A DNA stretch of 63,061 bases, counting the filler, from Nemertoderma westbladi (Eukaryota; Animalia; Xenacoelomorpha): the NCBI GenBank assembly GCA_032718475.1. It is 3 parts of 3 records of this genome, joined end to end, with 100 filler letters (N's around TTAATTAATTAA, not from the genome) between each part and the next. Parts side by side here need not be neighbours in the genome. Positions count along the whole stretch, not along the records: positions 27,047 to 53,926 come from JAUCBJ010000228.1; 2 more parts are not named here. One strand, 5' to 3'. Positions within the stretch are counted from its first letter, which is position 1. Every line of letters starts with the position of its first letter. The notes beneath the pieces are model-generated. The model was given only the letters and a program-made list of their open reading frames with translations. It ran no database searches and was not told where the DNA came from. The position numbers and the translations under genes were made by a program. This document shows positions 37,965 through 48,330 of the stretch, piece by piece.

Positions 37965-39080
37965 AATAATGTAGTATATTGTAGGATGCCTTGTTCTTAG
38001 GGTCTATTCATTGATGCGAATCTTATCCGAGGGAATCAACTTATTATCAATTAATGTAAAGGAGCAGGTTACATTGGCACTTTATTCAACCAAAACAATA
38101 CAAATAAATTAACGCATTCTTTCACTTAACCCATCATTTCGTTTTGCCGTTTTGCTATCTAAATACAGAGCCTGTTCCACTGAATTTAGTTTATTGTTTT
38201 GGTTATTATAAACTACCAATGTAACCTTCTCCTTACCGTTAATTGATCACTTATCCTTTAAACGAGACATTTATTTCGCCGAAGGATTTGCCCATCACTC
38301 TCTCACACGGTAATACTATTGCCCATTGTGATGATGTACATAGAAATAATAAAGTATATTGGACATACGCCACATAGCTAGGGAGATGAACGTGGGCTAA
38401 AAATTATTACACGCCAATTCCTAGTATCCATACCAGTTGTACACTGTAGGCCTACAGCTCAGCTGCCCAAATGAAACCTCCTCCAGTGAAACCACAAAGT
38501 TCAACTGAATCAATACGGAACGCAACCCATTGCATGAACAATTGCACACTAACAAGGGTCGCAGAGTGAATTACCCTTCGTCTGTTGTATATTTTGCCGC
38601 CATTGTGATCCGAAGCTCCCAACTACAAATCCACCAATTTAATTACTCATTGCCAACTACATGTACAGAGTACAGGATACAGTGCAGTCCGCAAACCGGC
38701 TATTCCCCCTTTTGGGCGTCGTCTTCATATCAATGTCCCCTTTACCCTTTCATTCTACCCTCTATGTGTGCCAATTGTGGGGCGAGCCACTACTAATGAT
38801 GCGAAATTAATACCATACAAATGAATATAATTACGTATTAACATAAAAAAAAATGTTTTTTCCCTCCTTTCGTCAAGTTATACTGTACACCTGGGGTTAG
38901 CAGGTAAAGTTTATTTTCCTTGTAATAAATAGTTATTTTTTATCACCAAACCATCTGCGCTGTGGCATGTCTATTATTAGCCAATCAGCGACTTCCATTA
39001 ATGATAATTAAACGCATCGGTAGTGGTGGTCTGGAATCTGGAAACGGACCCCGTCGGTTTACAAGTTGGTGGAAAAATCG

Positions 39081-39587
39081 CAGTGACCGCGATAGTTTCT
39101 GTATAGGTAAGGGTTGCCATAGTGACCGCGATAGTTTCCGTATAGGTAAGGGTTGCCATAGTGACCGCGATAGTTTCTGTATAGGTAAGGGTTGCCATAG
39201 TGACCGCGATAGTTTCTGTATAGGTAAGGGTTGCCATAGTGACCGCGATAGTTTCCGTATAGGTAAGGGTTGCTATAGACACCGCGATAGCTTTTGTATA
39301 GGTAAGAGTTGCTATAGTGACCGCGATAGCTTCTGTATAGGTAAGGGTTGCCATAGTGAGCGCGATAGTTTCTGTATAGGTAAGGGTTGCTATAGTGACC
39401 GCGATAGTTTCTGTATAGGTAAGGGTTGCTATAGTGACCGCGATAGTTTCTGTATAGGTAAGGGTTGCTATAGTGAGCGCGATAGTTTCTGTATAGGTAA
39501 GGGTTGCCATAGTAACCGCGATAGTTTCTGTATAGGTAAGGGTTGCTATAGTGACCGCGATCGTTTCTGTATAGGTAAAGGGTTGCC
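39081..39587. repeat. 39-bp minisatellite, left part (about 13 copies)
   Basis: Unit ATAGTGACCGCGATAGTTTCTGTATAGGTAAGGGTTGCY. Confidence 0.95.
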
Positions 39588-42500
39588 TACAAGCTGTAGG
39601 CCTGCCGACAATAAGACCAAGAAAGATACCGGTACTAGGCCTATACAGTTTTTATCCCTGAGCCAGACTACAGCCAGACAGCACAATGTCCCCGCTCTTA
39701 ATCTCCACAGTTTTCATCGTTCTGGGTCGTTTCGTTGTGGCAGAACCATCCGATCCGCGGGGTAACCCTGCAACCCACCCAATACCCGTATTGGACTGGT
39801 TTGCGGAACACCCTGTCGCTACCGTTTCGAACTGCCGCGCCGAATCGACGGAGATGTGGTCGACGAGTGGATTTAGCCTCTACTGCTCTCGTCGGGGAAG
39901 AAGATCTTGGGTCTCCTCTCCACGATCTAGAGGCCTAATCGCTAAACTCTGTCTACTGTCTCTGGCTGGGGATATTGAGACCAACCCAGGACCCAGCAGG
40001 ACGCGGACCCCGAAGATCAACTGTCCCGTCTGTCAACGAGGAACAAACTCTCGGAGTAAGATCGTCCAATGCGAGAGTTGTGACACATTTGTACATTTAA
40101 AATGTTACCGTAGGAAACGCAGTAATTTATTCTCCACCAGAAACAATCTTGAACCAAGTTTTCTCTGCAATAGCTGTATTTTTACCGAACTTCCCTTTCA
40201 TGATACAATTTTAGAATCAGAAACCGACGATTCATTTCTCACATCGCCTCTGCAAACTCCAAGTGATGCTGAGAGTGAAACTTTTAATTTTTTTAAGAAA
40301 AAAGGTCTGCATTTTTTGCACTTAAACGCACGATCTCTGCTTCCAAAACTTTCCGAAATTCGTATTTTAATCAATAAATCCAACCCAGCAGTTTTAACAA
40401 TCTCTGAAACTTGGCTCGATGATTGGGACAGACACGGTGGTGGTGTCTGTACTTACATTCGATGTGATTTAGCTTTTAATCGTAGGGAAGATTTAGAGAC
40501 TTGTGACGAAGTTTTACTGGTGGAACTTTTACTTCCTAAAACTAAACCTATTTTAATCGGTACTTTATATCGGCCCCCTAAACAATCAGATTTTTTGCAA
40601 AATTTTGAAAATACAATTTTATGTAATCTTAGGTCAGACTGTGAAATATATTTCTTAGGTGATTTTAATATCTGTTACCATCACAAAGCATCCCCCATCT
40701 GTAAACAGTACCAAAGTATTTTAAATTTGTTTGGTTTAAAACAAATTATTCGAGATTCTACCAGAATTACCAGTAAAACTTCTACTTTACTAGATCACAT
40801 CCTTTGTAATAATACCGATATTATTTCTCAATCTGGGGTTTTACCTATAGGTCTAAGCGATCATTTTATAGTTTTTTGCACAAGAAAGACACAAAAATCT
40901 TTTTTCGGGGATCATAAAACAGTAACAGTTAGGTCTATGAAAAATTACAGCAAGGAACGCTTTTTAAGTTTGTTAGTTAATTCTGACTGGGAACCCTGTT
41001 TTAAGGCCGCTGACATTAACCTTGCGTACACTCTTTTTAAAGATATATTTTTAAAGGCACTTAATACTGTAGCACCAATTAAAGAAATTAGTCTTAAACA
41101 ACGCACTGAGCCCTGGATGACCTCGGGTATTCTTAGTAATATCAGAGAAAGAGATAACTATTTGTATAAATTTAGGAAATACCGTGTTTTAGCTGATTAT
41201 AATAATTACTGCAAATATAGAAACCTTGTCCAACGGGAAATAAAAAAAGCTAAATCTGAATATTTGTACAACAAAATAAGTGAGAATAAAGATAATCCAA
41301 AAAGTCTATGGTCTACCCTAAAATCTTTAGGTTATAAAAACCTTAAATCTAAATAGAATATTGTTCTGCAAGATAACGGTGAGCTGATTCATGATCATAC
41401 TCTAGTTAGTAATTTATTTAATAATTATTTTACTAATGTTGCCTCTAATTTAGTTAAGAAGTTACCGTTATCAAGTAATAAATATAGTATAGGGTCCGAA
41501 ACTCTAAATAATTTTTATTTAGAAAAGTTACAAAATTCAGAAAAGTTATTTTTAAAACCCGTTTCTGAGGGTTTCGTTTTTAAAAATCTACTTAGCCTAT
41601 CAGCCTCAAAAAGTACCGGTCTAGACCTAATACCTGCCCGTTTTCTTAAGGATGGTGCTGAAGTACTTAAAGTGCCTATTACTTTTATTATTAATTACTC
41701 TATCGTAGATAATGTAGTACCAGACGAACTGAAATTAGCTAAGGTTGTTCCTCTGTATAAAAAGAATAGTAAAGTAGAACCCTGTAATTACAGACCTGTT
41801 AGTATCTTAAGTATTGTATCTAAAATTCTAGAACGTTCTGTTTTTCTACAGCTGGAGGCACATCTTAGTAGGCTAAATCTGATCTATGAACTTCAGTCCG
41901 GTTTTCGTAAATCATATTCTACAGACACCTGCCTTATTAACTTAACTGATACAATTAGATGTAATAACGCAAAGGGTTTATATACTGGTATGGTAATGTT
42001 GGACCTACAAAAGGCTTTCGATACTGTAGATCACGAAATTCTGCTTGGTAAGTTAGGCCTGATGGGTGTAGGTTCTATAGACTGGTTCAAGTCCTACCTG
42101 TCAGACAGAGGTCAAACTGTAGTCATTAGCAAATCGCTGTCTACTGTACAAGAGATTACCTGTGGTGTACCGCAAGGTAGTATATTAGGTCCTCTGCTTT
42201 TTGTATGCTATGTAAATGATATGATAAGTAGTATTGATCCCGATTTTAAACTCATTTTATATGCCGACGACAGTGCTCTTATTTTCTCTCATAAAGATCC
42301 TATCCATATTTCCCAAAAGTTAAGTGCAGTTCTAGAATCCTGTAATGAGTGGTTGGTTGATAATAAGCTATCCATTCACTACGGTAAAACTGAAAGTATT
42401 TTGTTTGGTTCCAAAAGAAAGTTAAAGAAGGTAACTAAGTTTGAAGTCACTAGTAATGGACATAAGATTGAAAATAAAAAGGAAGTTAAATATTTAGGCG

Positions 42501-43453
42501 CCACATTGGATAACTGCTTATCAGGAGAAAGTACAGTGAAAAATATTTTCTCGAAAGTTAACAGTAGGCTTAGGTTTCTATACAGAAATAAAAATAGTTT
42601 GAACACCGACTCCCGCAAGTTACTTTGCTCTTCTTTAATACAGTGTCACATGGACTATGCGTGCTCTTCTTGGTATGACGGCTTAACCAAACAGCTTAAA
42701 TGTAAATTACAAGTAGCTCAGAATAAAGTAGTACGATTTATTAAAGACTACAAACCTAGGCACCACCTAACTCCAGATGACTTTTCTGAATCTGGACTAC
42801 TTAACTTAGATAGTAGAGTTAAGCAGCTACGCCTTAACCATGTGCATAAAGTGTATAATGGTAAATGTCCCAATTACCTAAAACAAAAATTCAACAGAGT
42901 ACGCGATACACACTCTTACAGTACCAGAGCTAGTGCTTCAAACTTCTACCTCCCGAATTGTAAATCCTTTGAATCTGATACTTTCTTTTTTAACGGCATA
43001 AAAAATTGGAACGCTCTGCCTAATGAAATTAAAAACCTAAATAATCAACATTCTTTTAAATCTGCAGTTAAATCTCACCTCCGTGTGCAATGTAAAAATA
43101 GGTACAATAGTCATACAGTAAGTTATTAGTTTATTAATTATTTACTATTTATACTGTAATTACGTTTTATAAGAAATTGTTCTGTACATTACATCTTTAT
43201 CGTTGAGTCGGGCATTGTCACGCTCTCGATAAAGTTGTACATGTACATAGTGTAATTACGTTTTATATTGGTTTTAGGTTAGCGTAGTGTAATATTGTAT
43301 TTGTAACCAAGTAACATAAAGGACCCCCTTGGAAATAAGCTGCAAAGCTTTAGGGGTAATCCTATATGTTATGTTGGACAATACCTTTATACCGGTACAT
43401 TGTTTGGTGTATTTGTTATTGTTTTTACATAATGTATAAATAAATCTATCTAT
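39588..43453 (+). mobile_element. Near-full-length CR1-group non-LTR retrotransposon
   Basis: Interrupts the 39-bp array. Coding region of 2A, PHD, APE and RT. 3' UTR ends AATAAA(TCTA)n. Confidence 0.9.
39686..43129 (+). pseudogene. LINE ORF (signal-like N-terminus, 2A, PHD finger, AP endonuclease, reverse transcriptase) with one in-frame TAG
   Basis: Motifs LLSLAGDIETNPGP; CPVC..CESC..H.KC..CNSC; HLNARSL, ISETWL, GDFN, LDHI, SDH; [21 protein letters not shown]. The two listed ORFs share a frame, separated by TAG at 41354-41356. Confidence 0.9.
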
Positions 43454-43889
43454 CTATAGTGACCGCGATAGTTTCTGTATAGGTAAGGGTTGCTATAGTG
43501 ACCGCGATAGTTTCTGTATAGGTAAAGGGTTGCCATAGTGACCGCGATAGTTTCTGTATAGGTAAGAGTTGCTATAGTGACCGCGATAGTTTCTGTATAG
43601 GTAAGGGTTGCCATAGTGACCGCGATAGTTTCTGTATAGGTAAGGGTTGCTATAGTGAGCGCGATAGTTTCTGTATAGGTAAGGGTTGCCATAGTAACCG
43701 CGATAGTTTCTGTATAGGTAAGGGTTGCTATAGTGACCTCGATAATTTCTGTATAGGTAAGGGTTGCCATAGTTACCGCGATAGTTTCTGTATAGGTAAG
43801 GGTTGCTATAGTGACCGCGATAGTTTCTGTATAGGTAAGGGTTGCCATAGTGACCGCGATAGTTTCTGTATAGGTAAGGTTGCCATAGG
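43454..43889. repeat. 39-bp minisatellite, right part (about 11 copies)
   Basis: Same unit as 39081-39587. Confidence 0.95.
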
Positions 43890-44424
43890 TACCAATAGGC
43901 TAAACGTCGCCATGGGTATCGTTTCAGTATATATGTTTTAATTTTATTTACGTTTAATATGTCATTGAAATTAAAGTAATAATGCGTATTATATATTAAT
44001 AATAATAATATATAACTATAGATGCGCCCCCAATCGGGGCAAACAATAATTTAATAATAATAATAATATTAATTTATTTTATTCTCTAAAACTCCCTTTG
44101 TATATAGAATATATAACGCACAGAGGCAAGCAAAATTAATAATGTTTGCTGATAATATTAACGAGAGTAAGCGTCACCCCTACAATATTTTATCAGATAC
44201 ACCGTATACACCTATATTAGTGCATTGTTTATTTATATTATAGCCTACTTTAATACTTTGGGAACATATTAAATAAGTGTATATATGTACTGTATATGTG
44301 ATGGTATACATAGGTTATGTTTTCATTACAGTACAGCACTGGTTTTCCACTGAGTAAGTTAAAAGAGTTCTGTACTCTGAGTTATAATTCTGTATGTTTT
44401 CATCACCTGACTGGTTTTTGTTCT

Positions 44425-44614
44425 ATGTGTTCTAAGAGGTTCTGTACTTGGTTTTTTTTCGTTATAGGACTTGTGATCGCATTGGGTTTGTTCTGTGTGG
44501 TCGCGTACTATATTAATCGAGCTCTCACTGCTGAATACTTAGATGTGGTAGAAGTCGAGATAGAATGCGGTCCATTGTTCGGTTACAAAGAAGATAATAT
44601 CTATGTTTTCAGGG
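44425..44614 (+). CDS. Exon of a membrane-anchored type-B carboxylesterase-like (neurotactin-like) protein; 5' boundary uncertain
   Basis: TM segment followed by VEVEIECGPLFG...IYVFRG, matching the carboxylesterase N-terminal V.t..G.v.G...F.GIPYA pattern. Donor G|GTAAGT. Confidence 0.65.
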
Positions 44615-45600
44615 GTAAGTAAATAAATACCCGTTATTCATATCTCTATGGTAGACTGGGGGGGGGGGGGGGGGGGGGGTAATATATCGTATCGGCAAAT
44701 TACCATAATAAGAAAAGAACATGTCACAGTGACAAATTATTCTAACCAAAACAATAAATAATAATCATTAGCACAGATACTGGTTATAATGTTATATTGT
44801 AAAGTTAATAATTTCGCTCTGTTAATTGCGTTGATTTGGCCCTGGGATGGATTCGATTTTGAGTGTTTTGGGAGTCCCCCCCCCCCCCCCCCCCCCCCTC
44901 TATTAGGTGTATCATTTGGTTCATCCATGCTATAAGTAAATCTACAAATAATAAAACATAACAATAACTAACAGCCAAGTCTTATATTGGATATCAATTC
45001 TATTTTATTTGCCTTATTAGGCTGGGTATTTGGGCACCTCACGATAGGCCTACAAAGCAACGTAACTATGTATGTTCATTGACCGACTGGCTGGCTACAT
45101 TATATCAGTATAATATGGATGTGGTTTCATCACATCCTGTCACCAACAAACACCCAATCGTAGATTAAGGCCACAACCAGTGCGCAAGTTTATTATTCAA
45201 CCTTGGCTCACTCTAGCTCATTAGTAATGGTTGTATGGTCTAGTTAAATATTATGCTAATATTAATTAACGTAAACTTATTATTTATCCACAAATTAAAA
45301 ATTTGGCATGTTTTATTTTCTAAATTTAAGGAATTTTTTAATATCTCACAAATCCATCAGACATTCTTTTTAATAAATATATATGGTGCTTTATATATGA
45401 TGATTTAAAATAATGGTGATTTTAGTTTTAGTTTTAATTTAGTGTTATTTAATTTAGACAATTTTAAATCAATTTTAATCCATGTGGATATAATAAAAGA
45501 CGTTTGCAACCATTAATAAATATATTTTAATCTATATTCTAATATGATTTAGCAAAGGGATTAAATCAAATTAAAACTAATGTAAATACCGTAAATATTC

Positions 45601-46192
45601 ATGCCTAAAGTACACGGCTCTTTGGACCAGGGTCCTTCGGGGAGGCCTCCAAATACATGCATTGGTTTCGACGACATACTCGACGTAAGCCGTAACCGTG
45701 GTGATCGTCGACATAGTGGTGACCATGGGAACAATAACCGTGGCAACACGAGCAGTTTCTATGACGAGCCAGAATACGATACGGACTACGAGGTGGACGC
45801 ATTGAGGCGTCATTACGCCTCTAAAAAGATTAAGCGGGACCAACCTACACGACGAAGTCCTTTGACTCGCGAAGAATCGACGAACAACGAGGGAGTGGTG
45901 GAGTTTCAGGAGACCAAAATGTGGTGGACTCGTCGCGATACCAAACTCTTAGTCCTCCCAGCCGGGTTCTCCTACGGACCGACTTCCTACAAAGAGTTGC
46001 CTCGGGGTCGGATCTTGTCGGACGACTGGCGAACCGCACCGGGGACTTCGTTGTTGGCCATAGTTATCATCGCCGGGTTTTGTTTCATCGCCGTTATACT
46101 CGCCACTATAGCCAACGCCGAAGGGTCGTCATGGCAACATCCCAATCTGGGTGCTCCACCGGCATGTTTCCCTTGTTCCCAGTGCCCGGACG
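45601..46192 (+). CDS. First exon of a type II membrane protein, possibly a C-type lectin receptor
   Basis: GC-rich 197-codon frame with a long cytoplasmic N-terminus and a TM segment (LLAIVIIAGFCFIAVILATIA). It ends C..C..CPDG, like the CPxxW start of a CTLD. Possible donor G|GTTAGG. Confidence 0.6.
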
Positions 46193-46794
46193 GTTAGGGG
46201 AAAGGAACAGGTTACAGAGGCACGCTATTCTAAACGAAACATTTAATGGAAAATTGTATTGAATTGGTAGATATTATATTAAGATTTTATTTACTTTATA
46301 TATGCATTTGAATTATTGATTCTTATGTGCTTTTTATTTTTCACAACAGTTGTAATTTTTTCAGCTTATCTCACAAACATATATTTTTTAATAAAAAGAC
46401 GTCCAAATGGAATGTAGTTAGTACTTATAGCACTAATAATTGTTTTCATCATGTGGTTTACCTCTAGCGTGCCCCGTAAATATATTTATAAATATTTGAA
46501 GTAGAAGCTTGATTAACCAATAATTACGAATTATATTTATTTATTTATCAAGCACGTTAAGTACAAAACCTTACCGGTAGGTGTGTTAGTACCAAAGTAT
46601 GTAAAAAACTAAAAAGCAATCAATCAATCAATTTCAATTTCAATTTATTTCCCATAATTAATATATACACATAACAATAATAACATAATTATGAATACTT
46701 AAGATGGACGGAGACAGTGTGTAGCTGTAGCACCATGGTGCTAGTAGTCACTGCCACCGTTTAGGCCAACAAGACCTAGACGTTGCATGCAATC

Positions 46795-47107
46795 AGTGAT
46801 CAGCTGACAGCAGCCAGCTCATCGGTAGGTTTCGCCCCTCAGCTGAAGGCTTTCTCAGGAGGCCAAGCCAGGATATGTAGAGAGAAATTCACAAAGGGAG
46901 ACGGAACGGGTATTGAAATGAAGAGAGAGAGAGGTCTGTAAGGAGGTAACTAACCACTGGGAATTAATTTCAATCTCCCTTTCCCTCTCCGTTCCGTCTC
47001 CCTTTGTGAATTTCTCTCTACAGTTCTTGCTTCTTGGCTTGACCTCCTGAGAATGCCTTCAGCTACGGGGCGAAGCCTACCGATCAGCTGGCTTCTGTCA
47101 GCTGATC
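46795..47107. repeat. Long hairpin (inverted arms of about 115 bp)
   Basis: GATCAGCTGACAG...GGGAGACGGAACGG is mirrored by CCGTTCCGTCTCCC...CTGTCAGCTGATC. Confidence 0.85.
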
Positions 47108-47124
47108 GGTAGGTCACTAAAATA

Positions 47125-47335
47125 TATGACAAGACACTACCTATAGAAACAGGGGACTTCACACCTTCCGAACTCCAAAGAAGCATTAAAAGCATGTGCA
47201 ATAATAAAGCGAGTGGATTAGATGAAAGCCCAGCGGAGGTATGGAAAACCGGAGTGCTAAACAGACCATTATTGAATGTTTGCAACCGGATGTTAAAAGG
47301 GGAAAAGCCACCACCAATTTGGACTAAAGGTCAAC
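47125..47335 (+). mobile_element. Fragment of a second RTE-like LINE family
   Basis: Translates DFTPSELQRSIKSMCNNKASGLDESPAEVWK...IWTKG, the pre-RT KA.G.D..P.E motif. Confidence 0.7.
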
Positions 47336-48330
47336 TAAACCATAGAGCATAAGCAAAAACAGAATTCTCTCTATTCTCAGTGCCAAAATTCTTAGAAATT
47401 CTAGCACTGTTTACTGAGTATAGCGATGTTTGTGCAGTAAATATAGACGAGTATGTTTTCGTATTCTATCAGTGCTAGGTTATGCCCCATAGGGAAATTT
47501 TATTAATTATTTGAGATATAATTTTGCGAGAAACGAGGTATTAATAAAGGAACAAAGTTATGCTGCAAACCGACTCGAGAAATTTCTGCACATCTGCATG
47601 AAAAACCATCAAAAGGAAAATATATTCTGTATAAAGCTCTAATTTCCCTTAAAAAAACTGACCACAGTTACTTTTAGTAATTTCATCACTTACTCTACAT
47701 TTTCTAGAACGCATTTTAAATCTTCATAGTTTCGTATGATGGGCCCCCCAGTGTACAGATCCCATACTAACATTTTTAATAATGCTCAAGAATTCGGGAA
47801 CCGGGACAATGTCCCCATAGTGATGGGAAGTTGAATATTGTCCGAATCATGGAAACCAGGAAATTGTCCCATTGATGGGAAGTTGGTGTGGGTGTGGGTG
47901 TTATTCTCTGTGCTGGGAATCAGGTCAGCAAACTACACGGGAGCCACTTTGATTAAAAATTATTGCTATCTTAACAACAATATTGATTCATTTTTAATGG
48001 CGATTGTACCGTAATAATAGCTTTTGCACTTGTTAAAGACATTATTATTGATCAGGCCTATACTGAATTACAAAGTATAATTTTTTTTGCTAAAGATAGC
48101 CAATTCCAGGAAGGAATAATAATTATTGATCAGTTCGCAAACGTTGATGTGGCGATAAAAATATTTTCTTTTTTCCCGTTGTATTCGTCAATATCCCAAT
48201 ATAATGAGAGGGGCAACAATTTAAAGAAAGGAGTATTGATTTTTCAATATTATTTTACTTACTTTGAACTAAGTCGAATTTACTGCGATTTGTGAAAAAG
48301 ACGACGTTCTTTCTGTATGAGAATATTTAG

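Noticed and set aside
38962-39765. 267-aa ORF with DRDSFCIGKGCHS repeats
   Set aside because: The 39-bp unit is open on both strands, the array is split by a LINE, and there is no other coding evidence.
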